From the human T2T-CHM13v2.0 reference genome, Homo sapiens: a DNA stretch of 64,000 nt. The stretch's first letter is position 1. Every line of letters begins with the position of its first letter. The translations under genes and the position numbers were made by a program. The DNA lies in the NCBI RefSeq assembly GCF_009914755.1, contig NC_060928.1; one strand, written 5' to 3'. Shown in pieces: positions 30,035 to 44,041 of this stretch. The notes under the pieces were generated by a model, which was given only the letters and a program-made list of their open reading frames with translations, did no database searches and had not been told where the DNA came from.

Positions 30035-30312
30035 AACACGGGAATGGAAAACCAAACACCGCATGTTCTCACTTATAAATGGGAGCTGAACAATGAGAAC
30101 ACATGGACACAGGGAGGGGAACAACACTCACTGGGGCCTGTTGAGGGAGGACGGGGGATGAGGGGAGAGCATTAGGGAAAAGAGCTAATGCATGCTGGGT
30201 TTAATACCTAGGTGATGGGTTGACAGGTGCAGCAAACCACCATGGCACACATTTACCTATGTAACAAACCCGCATGTCCAGCACGTGTATCCCGGAACTT
30301 AAAATAAAATAA
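30035..30312 (+). mobile_element. 5'-truncated L1PA (older primate) 3' end
   Basis: aaaaccaaacaccgcatgttctcactt...gcaaaccaccatggcacac...aacttaaaataaaa. 16-bp TSD aagaata(t/c)cctgtgat at 30019-30034 and 30313-30328. Confidence 0.93.
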
Positions 30313-30444
30313 AAGAATACCCTGTGATGCTGAAAAAAGAAAAAAAATCAGTATAAATAGAAGTGTAGTTTGAAGGTGATGGAAGTAAACCTATGTCAAC
30401 AGCACCACCCTCTGGGCACAAAATAGACTGCCCAGACTTGGGAT

Positions 30445-30446
<2 letters not shown>

Positions 30447-30485
<39 letters not shown>

Positions 30486-30521
30486 CACGCACACACGCAC
30501 ACACACACACACACACACACA
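30447..30521. repeat. (CA)n microsatellite, interrupted
   Basis: Read directly from the sequence. Confidence 0.97.
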
Positions 30522-30759
30522 CGAAAGGAAAAACATATCCACAGAAGTTTTTGATAACTAAAATTAGTTGTAAGTTCTAAATCAAGTAATAAACTGTTTT
30601 GCCTCATTCATATCAGCTAAATTAACTGAAGGCATATTATTTGGATGTTGTACTTCCGCCTAAGACGTAGAAAGCTGGAAAGAGCATCAATTTTACCCTA
30701 ACAAAAATAAAATGGTATGTATGCTACAAAATCATGATTCTTGAAATCATCTTTGCTAA

Positions 30760-31220
30760 GCAGAAAAAACCTTCCTCACCCGCAAAGATGTTCATGTCTT
30801 AATTCCCAAAACTTGTGAATGTGCTATCTTACGTGGCAAAAGGGATTTTGCAGATGTGATCTTGAGGTGGGAAAATTATTCTGGATTACCCAAGTCGGCT
30901 GAATTTAATCACAAGTGTCCTCAAAAGAGAAATAGGGAGGAAGGAGAGTCCATCAGAGGAGATGTGGTGATAGAAAGCAAATGTCAGGGTTAAGCAATTG
31001 CTGGCTTTGAAGATAAAGGAAGGCCACCAGCTAAGGAATGTGCGCAGCCTCTGGAAGCTGAAATAGGCAGGAAAATAGATGGTCCTGAGAGCCCACAGAA
31101 AGGGACACGGCCCTGCCCACACCTTTACTTTAGTCCAGTGATACTAATTTTGGACTTCTGACTTCCAGAACTATAAGATAATCATTTGTGATATTTTAAG
31201 CCACTGTGTTTGTGGTAGGT
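30760..31220 (+). mobile_element. MLT1C/D-like MaLR LTR
   Basis: tggcaaaagggattttgcagatgtgat, tgctggctttgaagat and ttggacttctgacttccagaactataagataa. Confidence 0.8.
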
Positions 31221-31299
31221 ATATATATTTGATATTCATATATGAAAATTTATGTATATGTATAAATGCACACACACACACACATTGCTGTAGGAAGAA

Positions 31300-32250
31300 A
31301 AATGGTTCCATTATTGTGAGAAACAGTTTTTATACAGTTACACATAGACTTACCATATAACCCAGCGATCCCATTCTTATTTATCCAAGAGAAATAGCAT
31401 ATATCCACATAAATATTGTACATGAATCTTTATAGTGATTTTATTCATGATCACTCAGAACTAGAAACAACACTGATGTCTACCACCTGATGAATGAATA
31501 AATGTACTGTGTTATATCCATAAAACAGAATATTATTCAGAAAACAAGGACAAACTAATTACTGATACACACTATAAGAAGGTTGTATCTCAAATGCATT
31601 ATGCTCTTTGAAAGAATTCAGACTCAGCTGGACGCAGTGGCTCATGCCTGTAATCCCATCACTTTGGGAGGCCAAGGCCAGTGGATCACCTGAAGTTAGG
31701 AGTTTGAGACCAGCCTGGCCAACATGACGAAACCCCGTCTCTACTGAAAATACAAAAATTAGCCAGGTGTGGGGGGTGTCTGTAATCCTAGCTACTCAGG
31801 AGGCTAAGGCAGGAGAATCAGTTGAATTCAGGAAGCGGAGGTTACAGTGAGCCAAGATCACGCCACTGTACTCCAGCCTGGGTGACAGAGCAAGACTCCG
31901 TCTCAAAAAGTAAAAAATAAAAAAAAAAGAAAGAATTCATACTCAAAATGCTATACTGTGTGATTCCATTTATATGACATCCTGGGAGAAAAAAAAAAAC
32001 AATAGAAACTGAAACCAGGTTAGTAATTACCTGAGTTTGGGAGTAGGCAAAAAGGATTGACTATGAGAGGGTTTTAGAAGACTTTTGGGGGAGAAGATGG
32101 GGGTAATGATAATATCCTATAACTTAATTGTTGTGATGGTTTCATAATTGCATGCATTTGACAACATTCAAGACACTGTACACCTAAAAAAGATGAATTT
32201 TACTGAATGTAAACTCAGCTTCAATATACCTAACTCTAAAAAAATAAAAA
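31300..32250 (+). mobile_element. L1MB/ME 3' region interrupted by an Alu
   Basis: ttaccatataacccagcgatccca, tgattccatttatatgaca and gaattttactgaatgtaaa. Confidence 0.7.
31627..31929 (+). mobile_element. AluS
   Basis: Full dimeric Alu. TSD aaagaattca(g/t)actca at 31611-31626 and 31930-31945. Confidence 0.95.
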
Positions 32251-32499
32251 AGCAAGTAAGTTGAAACTGGACTTAACTTGAAACTGGGCTGGCCATTTGC
32301 TAACTTCAAGATTATCCTGAATTGGTAATACCTGAGCTTTGCAGAATTGCGCAATCTCAAATCAAGCAGAGACTGAGCTGAGCAATAGCCATCATGTTCC
32401 CCCACACTCATGTGGTTTACAAGGAAAGTGTTTTAGAAACTTTCATTATGTTCCTCTCCATGTTTTTCCATTATGAATTATCAAAGATTTTATGTATTT

Positions 32500-34038
32500 A
32501 TTTTAGGGTAATGTTTTAAAATACATATTCACCTGATTCAACAATCAAAAGATTTAAAAGGTATACAGTGAAATATCTCCCTCTTTTCCCTGTCCCTCAT
32601 CTACCCAGTTTTCTTCTGCACACACAATCATTATTACTAGTTTCTCATGTATCCTTCAAAAGTATTCTATTCTTGCACAGCAAATGCATACATGAATTCT
32701 TATTTTTCCTTTTTTTACACAAAGGGTAACCATAGTGTGACCATTATTCTACATCTCAATATCTTCATTTAACAATATTCCTTAATTCTCAGTATTTTTC
32801 CACATCAGAACAGAGGAAGCTTTCTTACTCTTTGTGGCTGTGCTGTATCCATTGTACAAATGTACCATCATTACTTTACCCAGCCCCCTATTAACAGGCT
32901 TTTAAAATGTTTCCATATTTTGTTATTAGAAGAAATGCTACAATGCATAGCCTTATGCCCATGTTACTGCACATCAGTGGTATCATAAGACAACTTCTAG
33001 AAATACAACTGTTGAATCAAAGAGTATATATATATTTATAAATGTGATCTATAATGCCAGATGCCCTCCAAAGAGGATAGAACAATTCACAATGGCACCA
33101 TCCAGTTATAAGAGCAGCTGATTGAGAAGGCCTTTATCAACAATTATTTTTGTCTTGGCTAATCTGCTCATTGAAACATTGTACCTCACCATAGTTTTAT
33201 CTTGCATTATTTTTATTATGAACGAGATTAAACATCTTTCCAATTGTTGACTGATAACTTGTATTGCCTGCTCTGTAAATGACCTTTTCATGTCATTGGC
33301 CTTCATTTCTCATGAGTTATTGATCCTTTCCTTTCAATATGAAGGACCTCAATATGTATTAGGGAAACTACACCTATGAGTTGCAAATATTTTTCTGTAG
33401 GTGATTGTTTTTCTTTTAAACTTGCCTATTGTGCCTTTGACCATTCATAAATCTTTAACTTTCAATTCTAAAAGTTTAAGGTTTATTAGTTGAATTTAAT
33501 CAGTCTTTTTGTCATTTATGGCTACTAGATTTTATAACATATTAACACTTGTTCCAAAGTCAGATAATAGAGTTAATTTTAATATTTGTATGATTTCTTC
33601 TTTTTATATTTAAATCATTGATCATCCTGAGCTGGGAGTTATGGATCCAGTTTTAGTTTTTTGAGATGTCTATCCAAAAGAGTGGGTCCTGGCACTATTT
33701 ATTTAATAGTTATATTTTCTCTTTTGACTTAAAATGATGCTTTATACTACGTTTCTATCTGTATTGAGGCCTATTTCTGTCATTTTTATTCTATTTAATT
33801 GGTCTGTCTGCCTACTGTATGAGTACTACACTTCATTTTAGAGCCACTACCAAAAATAGAAAAATCAGGAAGACATATTTGTCTGTGGGAAATATAATGA
33901 ATGTACTTTGAATCATTTGCGTATGAGAAGATAATGGTAGCAATAATGGATTTACGTTTTTAAAACATTTGGGGGGCCTCTAAAAAATGTTACAACAGTT
34001 GTAATTTTTGTTTTAGTATCTGGTCATTCTAGCCCCTT
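32500..34038 (-). mobile_element. Ancient L1ME-like fragment, host of later insertions (resumes after 36235 and after 39605)
   Basis: Degenerate L1 ORF2 C-terminal peptide in ORF 33106..33306 (KANDMKRSFTEQAIQVISQQLERCLISFIIKIMQDKTMVRY). Confidence 0.7.
33838..33970. repeat. ~133-bp segment, direct repeat copy 2
   Basis: About 17 differences from 29507-29640 by hand alignment. Confidence 0.92.
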
Positions 34039-34053
34039 ATCACAGTCCAATTC

Positions 34054-36216
<2,163 letters not shown>

Positions 36217-36998
36217 ATCACAGTCCAATTCTTTAGAAAGAATTCTCCTGGCACTCTTACTTGTCTGTTTTTTCACATAAACTTCCAAAAATTTTCTCTG
36301 GGTATTTTAATGAGATCACATTAAATGTATAGTTGAATTTAAGGAGAATTGACAATGTCACAATAATAAACTTACACGCACAGCATTTCATAAATGCAGG
36401 TGATGGGTAGAAAAATGCACAGAGCGCTATTGCTGGGTCAGAAGGTAAATACATTTATAGATTGGGTAAATATTGCCAAACTACCCTCCAGAGGGGTTAT
36501 ACCACTTTTTATTCCTACTGACCATCTGTGAGAATTCCTAATTCACTGTAGCTTGCCATCACAACAACGATGTTCTCCAACTTTTGGATTTTTGACAATC
36601 TGATAGGTGGAAAAAGGAATCTCAGTGTAATCTGAATTTGCGCTTCCCTTATTATGAGTTAAATCAAGCATCTTTTCATGCTTAAGGGCCATATTTCTTA
36701 TTCTATGAACTGCCTATTCATCTCTTTTGCCCTTTTTTTTTCTTACTATAGTACTGGTTTGGGGTTTTTTTCCCTTTAAAAAATGTATATACCTTAATTT
36801 AAAACTACTTTATTGCTAAAAAATGCTAACAAACATCTGAGCCTTCAGCGAGCCATAGTCTTTTTGCTAGTGGAGGATCTTGCCTCGACGTTAATGGCTG
36901 CTGCTTGGGATACTGCAGCAATTTCTTAGAATAAGACAATAATGAAGTTTGCCGCATTGATTGACTCTTTTTTTAACAAAAGATTTCTCTGAAACAGA

Positions 36999-37272
36999 CT
37001 TTTTTTTCTAAGAGACAAGCTCTCGCTCTGTCACCCAGGCTGGAGGGCAGCAGCATGATCATAGCTTACTGCAGCCTCAAACTCTTAGGCCTCAGCCTCC
37101 CATGCAGCTGGAACTACAGGCATGCACCACCACACCAAGCTCATTATTTTTTCATTTCTTTTTTGAGAGACAGGATCTCCCTATGTTGCCTGGGCTGGTC
37201 TTGAACTCCTGGCCTCAAGCAGTCCTCCTGCCTCAGCCTCCTGAGTAGCTAAGCATAAGCCACAGTGTCTAG
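36999..37272 (-). mobile_element. AluJ nested in Tigger1
   Basis: ctcgctctgtcacccaggctggag...gatcatagcttactgcagcctcaaactc. Confidence 0.88.
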
Positions 37273-37680
37273 TAGTAGAGCTTCTTTCAAAATTGGAGTC
37301 AATCTTCTCAAACCCTATGGCTGCTTTATCAACTAAGTTTATGGAACATTCTAAATCCTTTGTTGTTGTTTCAACAATGTTCACAGCATCTTCACCAGGA
37401 ATAGTTTCCATCTTAAGAAACTAATTTCTTTGCTCATCTATAAGAGCAACTCTTTGTCCATTCAAGTTTTATCATGACATTGCAGCAATTCAGTCACATC
37501 TTCAGGCTTCACTTCTACTTCTACTTCTGTTGCCATTTCCACCATGTCTGCAATTACTTCGTCCACTGAAGTCCTAGGCCCCTGAAAGTCATCCATGAGG
37601 TTTAGAATGAATTCCTTCCAAACTCCTGGTAATGCTGATATTTTTACCTCTGCCCATGAATCATGAATATTCTTAATGGC

Positions 37681-38065
37681 TGTATTAATCTGTTCCCACA
37701 CTGCTATAAAGAAATGCCTAAGACTGGGTAATTTATGAAAAGAAATTGAATTGATTCCACAGTTCTACAGGCTGTACATGAAGCATGGCTGGGAGGCCTC
37801 AGGAAACTTACAATCATGGCAGAAGGCAAAGGAGAAGCAAGTACATCTTACCATGGTGGAGCAGGAGGAAGAGAGAGTGACGGGAGAGGTGCTACACACT
37901 TGCAAACAACCAGATCTTGTGAGAACTCTATTATGAGACAACACTAGGGGATGATACTAAACCATTAGAAACCACCCCAGTGATCCAGTTACTTCACACC
38001 ACTCAGCACTCGGAATCATAATTCAACATGAGATTTGGGTGGGAACACAAAGCCAAACCATATCA
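37681..38065 (-). mobile_element. MSTA solo LTR nested in Tigger1
   Basis: tgtattaatctgttc...caaaccatatca with a perfect 5-bp TSD atggc (37676-37680 and 38066-38070). Confidence 0.92.
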
Positions 38066-39683
38066 ATGGCATCTAAAATGGTGAATCTTTTCCAGAATGT
38101 TTTCTATTTACTTTGCCCAGATCCATCAAAAGAATCACTATCTATGGCAGCTATGCCCTTATAAAGTACATTTTTTAATAAGACTTAAAGGTTGAAATTA
38201 CTCCTTGATCTATGGAGTGCAGAATATATGTTGTGTTAGCAGGCATGAAAACAACATTCAGCTCCTCCTAAATCTCCATCAGAGCTCTTAAGTGATGAGG
38301 TGTATTGTCAATGTACAGTAATATTTTGAAAAGGATTTTTTTTCTGAGCAGGTCTCAAAAGTGGGCTTAAAATAACAGCAAACCATGCTATAAACAGATG
38401 TGCTATCATCCATTGTTGTACCATTTATAGAATGCAGGCAGAGTAGATTTAGCATGATTTTTAAGGGCCCTAGGATCCAGGGAATGGTAAATGAGCATTG
38501 GCTTCAGCTTAACATCACCAGCTGCATTGGCCCCTAAAGAGTCAGCCTGTTCTTTGAAGCTTTAGCCAGGCATTGATGTATCCTCTCTAGCTATAAATTG
38601 CATCTTCTAATAGAAGGCTGTTTGTTTACACTAAAAATCTGTGGTTTAGTGTAGCCTCCTTTATCAATTATCTTAGCTAGGTCATCTGGAGAACTAGCTG
38701 CAACTTCTGCATCAGCACTTGCTGTTTCAATTTGCACTTTTCTATTACAGAGACGGCTTCTTTCCTTAAGCCGCATGAACCAAAACTGCTCACTTACTTT
38801 TCTTCTGCAGCTTCCTCACCTCTCAGCCTTCATGGAATTGAAAATTAGGATCTTGCTCTGGATTGGGCTTTGACTTAAGGGAATGTTGTGGCTGGTTTGA
38901 TCTTCTAACCAGACTACTCAAACTTTCTCTGTATCAGCAATACGGCTATTTCACTGTCTTAATCATTCATGTGTTCAATGGAGTAGCACTTTTAATCTTC
39001 TTCAAGAAAGAAAATTAAAATTTACATTTATTCTCAATTTGGCTGTTTGGCACCAGTAGCCTAGCTTTCAGCCTGCCTTGGCTTTTGACCTGCCTTACTC
39101 ACTAAGCTGAATCACTTTGAACTTTTCATTTAAAATAAGAGATGTGTGAGTCTCTTCCTTTCATTTGAACACTCAGAGGCCATTGCAGGGTTATTAATTG
39201 GCCTAATTTCAATATTGTTTTGTCTCAGGGAATAGAAAGGATCAGAGAGAGAGAGAGAAAGAGAGACAGAGATGAGGGAACAGCCAGTCGGTGGAGCAGT
39301 CAGAACTCACATATTTATCAATTAAGCCCACTGTCTTAAATGGGCATGGTTCATAGCACCTTAATTATGACAGTAACATTGAAGATCACTGATCACAGAT
39401 CACCATAAGATACATAATAATGAAAACTTAAAATATTGCAAGGATTACCAAAATGTGACAAACAGATAAAGAGTGAGCACATGCTATTGGAAAAATGGTG
39501 CTGATACACTGACTCAATGCAGGGTTGCCACAAACTTATGATTTGTTTAAAAAAATTTTTTTTAATTGTTTGCAAAGTACAATAAAACAAGGTGTGTCAG
39601 CATGTACAAAGGAGATTAGATCTTTGTTGTATGAACTGTAAATGTTTTCCCGTTTGTCATTTAAATTGTCTTGGTGGTGATTT

Positions 39684-39822
39684 TCCCTCCCTCCCTCCCT
39701 CCCTCCCGTCTTCCCTTCCTCCCTTCCTCCCTCCCTTCCTTCCTTTCCTCCCTCCCTCCCGTCTTCCCTTCCTCCCTTCCTCCCTCCCTCCCTTCCTTCC
39801 TTCCTTTCCTCCTTCCCTCCTT
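39684..39822. repeat. (CCCT/CCTT)n pyrimidine tract
   Basis: Read directly. It occupies the tail position of the adjacent Alu. Confidence 0.95.
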
Positions 39823-39824
39823 CA

Positions 39825-40064
39825 GGCTCTCTGCAGCCTTGTGCTCCTGTGCTCAAACAATTCTCTCACCTCAGTCTCCCAAATAGCTGAGACCAGAGAC
39901 ATGTGCCACCACATCCAGCTAATTTTTTGTTTGGTTTTTTAAAAAATAAAAATGGGGTTTTGCCATGTTGTCCATGCTGGTCTCAAACTCCTGTGCTCAA
40001 GCAATCCACCCACCTTGGCCTCCCAAAGTGCTGGAATTACAGGCATGAGCCACTGTGCCTGGCC
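39825..40064 (-). mobile_element. AluJ (partial)
   Basis: gctcaagcaatccacccaccttggcctcccaaagtgctgg...cctggcc. Confidence 0.88.
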
Positions 40065-40169
40065 TGCCTTCCATGTAGTTTTTGATTTTTAGGAAATCAA
40101 AAATAATTATCTTTTCTCCTATGGCTTCTGGATTTTGGGTGATAGAAAGGCCTCACACTTCAAGATCAT

Positions 40170-40570
40170 TATGGCAGACATGGAACTGCACCACTTAGAT
40201 CCCCTTTCAAGAAAATACTCAGTTCCAAGCTGTGAAAATGTGGGTTGCTGACAGCCTTCCAACTCTTAATCTCCTTCAGGTTTTGCCTCAGCTTTCCAGC
40301 CAAGCCAAGCTCTTCTCCAGAAGACACTTAGCCAATAATTGAGTAAGGAAGGTGGTGGCACAGGGCCCAGGCACTTCTGTCTCACAAAGGGCTCTTTGCA
40401 GGAACTCTTTGCCTCAGAGTTCCACATGATACTGGCAAAGATTTGGTCAGGTCTGCAGTGCAATCTGATGACACCCCTTGCCCAATCCTGCCTTCTACCT
40501 GTTCCATTCAATAAACCTGTTGCATCCCTAACTCCATCTCAGCATCTGCTTCCCAGAGAATCTAGAAGGT
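40170..40570 (+). mobile_element. LTR16-like ERVL LTR
   Basis: cttgcccaatcctgcctt and aataaacctgttgc...ctccatctcagcatctgcttcccagagaa resemble LTR16. Confidence 0.6.
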
Positions 40571-42024
40571 GCAGGTATGATGAAATCCCTCCATGCTTCT
40601 TTCTCATATGTTTATGATTTTATTTTTAAGTTTAAATGTTTCATTTTGAGAGTTACCTGATACATGAGGTATAGAATCAGCCTTATATTTTCCTAGATGG
40701 CTCCCCAACTGTCTTCACACCATTTGTTAGAAAAAAATGCTATCTTTACCCAGCAAATTAAGACCTACCTTTAACATATACTAAATTTCCAAATGATTTG
40801 TTTCCATATCTGAACTTGCTGTTTTGTCTGTCTATTCATGCCACAGTATTATACTGTTTCAGCTATTCAGGATATGTAGTCTAATCTGTGTAAAGAATAG
40901 AAGAATAGTGCTCCCTCACTACTCTCAAGTTTTACTAACAATCCTTCCTTTTTTGCATGATGTTTACAATCAGCTTATCTAGTTCCACAAAAATTTGTCT
41001 CCCAATAAACTCACAGAGAGCTGGGAAGAAGGTCACTAAGTAAATAAATATAGCAAATGTTTTTTGTGGATTTTTATTTTTTAAATTCTTTTATTAATAA
41101 ATTTTCAGATCCAGACCTACAGAAAATATAGCAAATGTTAAAGCTCACAGGTGGATTTCTCTTAAAGTGTTACTAATAAATAATCCAGGGCTTATATTTA
41201 AAGCCAGTGGCCTATTTTCAATAACAGAACAGAGCTCTTTGAAACATATCATCTTCTATGTGAAAAGTATAACCAACTGATTCTCAACTTGCCTCTGCAT
41301 TAAAATTGCCTATGAGGCCTCTCAAAAAAACAAAAATCCAATATCATGTGTACACATACAGTTTTTAAGATTCCCCTGGTTATTCTGATGAGCATCAACG
41401 GTGGTGAAAAGAATATTATCACTATTTTAAAGTTTTCAAAGGAAGATTAGTTCATTTTATTTAAAAAAGCTTATTAATGGCAATTACTTGGCTTTAAAAA
41501 AAAAAATGCAACCAGAAGGGCATAAGTACAAAAAGAAAAATGACACCAACTGAAATGGCAGTTTGAAAACAGAAAACTGAAAGGCAAATATTAGAAGAGA
41601 TCGATAAACTGCTTCTTTCTAGAAAAAATTATTGTCTTTTTTATTTATCTCAAAGAAAGTGACAGACAGTAAATGGGAGGCAAGTTCACAATAGGAAAGA
41701 GGAAAGAGAAAGGTAGTACTCTGAATTTTTGCATTAAGTTTTATAATTAGCTTTTCTACTAAGCAAGTAGCACCACAAGCATTGCTTTAATAGATGCCTA
41801 AATAAACATGGTGCAAATAAACCAGAGACCCCTTCGATCTTTCCTATATTTAGGAAAAATCATGTACTATGAAGGAAATTCAGTCTATGGTTTGCATTTC
41901 TTACTGCCCAAAAGACCAACTGTAAATTCAGTTCTCAACTAACACCACTGTCAATTATTAGCTTAAAAAGAGAGAACATTGTTAAATAAATTTAATAATA
42001 AATCTAAACACACATGTACACATA

Positions 42025-42496
42025 ATTCAGGGGGACAGAAATGTTTATTTTTCATTAATCTTTTGAATACAATCATCATAATTTTACAGGTTTAGTTTAG
42101 TTGCGAACTTCACTAATAACATTTCCAAGAGTTCACAATTTCAAGGCTAAGCTTCTGATTAAAGTATCATGGTTACAAATGTAATATAAATGGAGTTTTT
42201 AAAAAAGGCTAAAAGCACTCTAGCCTCTTAAAAAATATATATAAATGGAAAATGGCCAGGCATTAAACTTAGTAACATTAAGTACACTTTAGTACTACAG
42301 CAGTCAAAGAGATCTCCACTAGAGATCAGAAAGAAGCACCACTATTTTCTTCTATGACGTGTATGTGTTGGTCATGAGCATGCTAGTATGAATAAGGCAA
42401 TGTGTTAAGCACTGGCATACAAATGCAGCTAAAGGTGCTGAAGGAAGGCAGTGGGGTGGTGCAGGCACACAGCAGGGAGCTCTTCCCCGTGACACG
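42025..42496 (-). other. ANXA5: ANXA5 3' UTR (3' end approximate)
   Basis: Repeat-free AU-rich sequence running from the stop codon to just past AATAAA. The cleavage site is inferred, not observed. Confidence 0.8.
42044..42049 (-). terminator. Polyadenylation signal AATAAA
   Basis: tttatt on the + strand. On the minus strand it is followed ~25 nt later by the GU-rich TGTGTACATGTGTGTTT downstream element. Confidence 0.85.
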
Positions 42497-42556
42497 TTAG
42501 TCATCTTCTCCACAGAGCAGCAGAAGAGCTTTCTTATAGTCCCCAGATGTATCTCC
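42497..42556 (-). CDS. ANXA5: Annexin A5 last coding exon 13, coding part (60 bp including TAA)
   Basis: cag|GGAGATACATCT...GAAGATGACTAA encodes GDTSGDYKKALLLLCGEDD*, the annexin A5 C-terminus. Confidence 0.98.
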   Translation of the reverse strand, partial: GDTSGDYKKALLLLCGEDD

Positions 42557-43629
42557 CTGAAACCAAATGTATTCCATTAACCTCCATGACTCACAGAAGC
42601 CATAGAAAATTTTAAAACTAAATAACTGGCAACAAATTTTATTCATAAGACTCTTCTCCCAAGTGGGTAATCTCTGTGACTTTCACATCAGGAATGTTAT
42701 GCAGGGAGTTTCCTACCAATGTAACCTCAGACACTCAGTATTCCCTCTGGTAACACAAAGAACCAGGCAACTTTAACAACTATAGTCAAATCAAGCCTTC
42801 TAGACAGAATAGTTTCTATCACTTGGTATATATCAGCTAACACGGGCAGTGCTGGGGCTGCAGGGCTGTCATGGCTCTCCCTCCGAGACAGAAGGGCAGA
42901 ACATGCTTTGCATCTGCTTGTCTCACATGCAGACATGCATGATAAATTAATGTTTCAAGCTAAAAGTGCATGGGTAAACTCTCTAGTGTCCTTTGGGCCA
43001 GCCAAACCACAAACATGCTAAACTAAAAGCTTCTGCTCAATTGAAATCTTGCTTTGCACATGGTCCACATTAACCTTTACTGGAAAAAAAAAAAAAAGTC
43101 AAAAGACTTTAAGCTAAATGTAATTATAGGCCACAGAGCACCTTGTTTTAAAAAGAACAAAAATGATACTAATACCTAGGGGCTCTTTACTCCCAATATG
43201 ACCTGGTTGGCTCTTTCCTGAATTAGAAACCAGCATCAGAGATAAGGTGATAACAGACGATAAAGAAAGGAAAAGCTGATATGAAATAAAAGAAGGACTA
43301 ATAAAGAGAGCTGGAATTGATAAAAGACAGAAAGAACACATTATTATCATAGGCAAGGGGTTTGGTTTGTTGAGTCATCTGTTACCACTACTAAATAATG
43401 CTTCTGAGTTCACCAAGAGCCTCAGCCACATCAATACCCATGCTTTCACTTGGGAGCCATCATCTCTACTTCAGGAAACATTATGCTAAGCTTTTTAACT
43501 CATTGCTCTAATCGTGTCACTAAAATTTTAAACTTAACACAAGAATCAGGTTCTCTTATCCTTGTCTTTCATGCAACATACCAGTCTGCTTTGGATTCCC
43601 AAACGTAATTTAAAGAAAGGTTCTACTAC

Positions 43630-43752
43630 CTTAATCATGGAATAAAGAGAGGTGGCAAAATTCTTCCTAAACTCCTTCCTGATGTTAAACAGATCAATCT
43701 CACTCCTGGAAACCATGACTCTGATGAGGGTATGATCATCTGTCCCAGCTCC
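43630..43752 (-). CDS. ANXA5: Annexin A5 coding exon 12 (123 bp)
   Basis: aag|GGAGCTGGGACAGAT...ATGATTAAG|gt encodes [41 protein letters not shown]. Confidence 0.98.
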
Positions 43753-43982
43753 CTTTAAAAAAAAAAAAAAAAGAGAGAAGCAAAATACTTAAAAACTTCA
43801 AACATAGGATCAAATGCTCCCGGGTGCGGGTGAATCAATAAGGTATAACAATTTAGTAGAACTGGGTTGAATGTTATAAGGGAAAAATTCCCAAGGTCTA
43901 TCATCTAAAACATAAACAAAAGTGAAGAATAATAATTAGAAAGAGAAATGTATTAGATAGAAGGTTCATGGTCTCCACTTAC

Positions 43983-44041
43983 CTTCATAGCATAATAGAG
44001 GGTCTCTGCAAGGTAGGCAGGTATACTTCGAATAGATTTCA
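43983..44041 (-). CDS. ANXA5: Annexin A5 coding exon 11 (59 bp)
   Basis: tag|TGAAATCTATTCGA...GCTATGAAG|gtaag encodes (V)KSIRSIPAYLAETLYYAMK. Confidence 0.98.

Larger units (their letters stand above)
36785..39602 (-). mobile_element. Tigger1 DNA transposon, near full length, decayed, with nested Alu and MSTA
   Basis: Transposase peptides [67 protein letters not shown] and [48 protein letters not shown]. Confidence 0.92.

Noticed and set aside
37181-38776. Domesticated transposase (TIGD-like) gene
   Set aside because: The frame is broken and interrupted by an Alu and an MSTA LTR. It is a dead Tigger1 copy.
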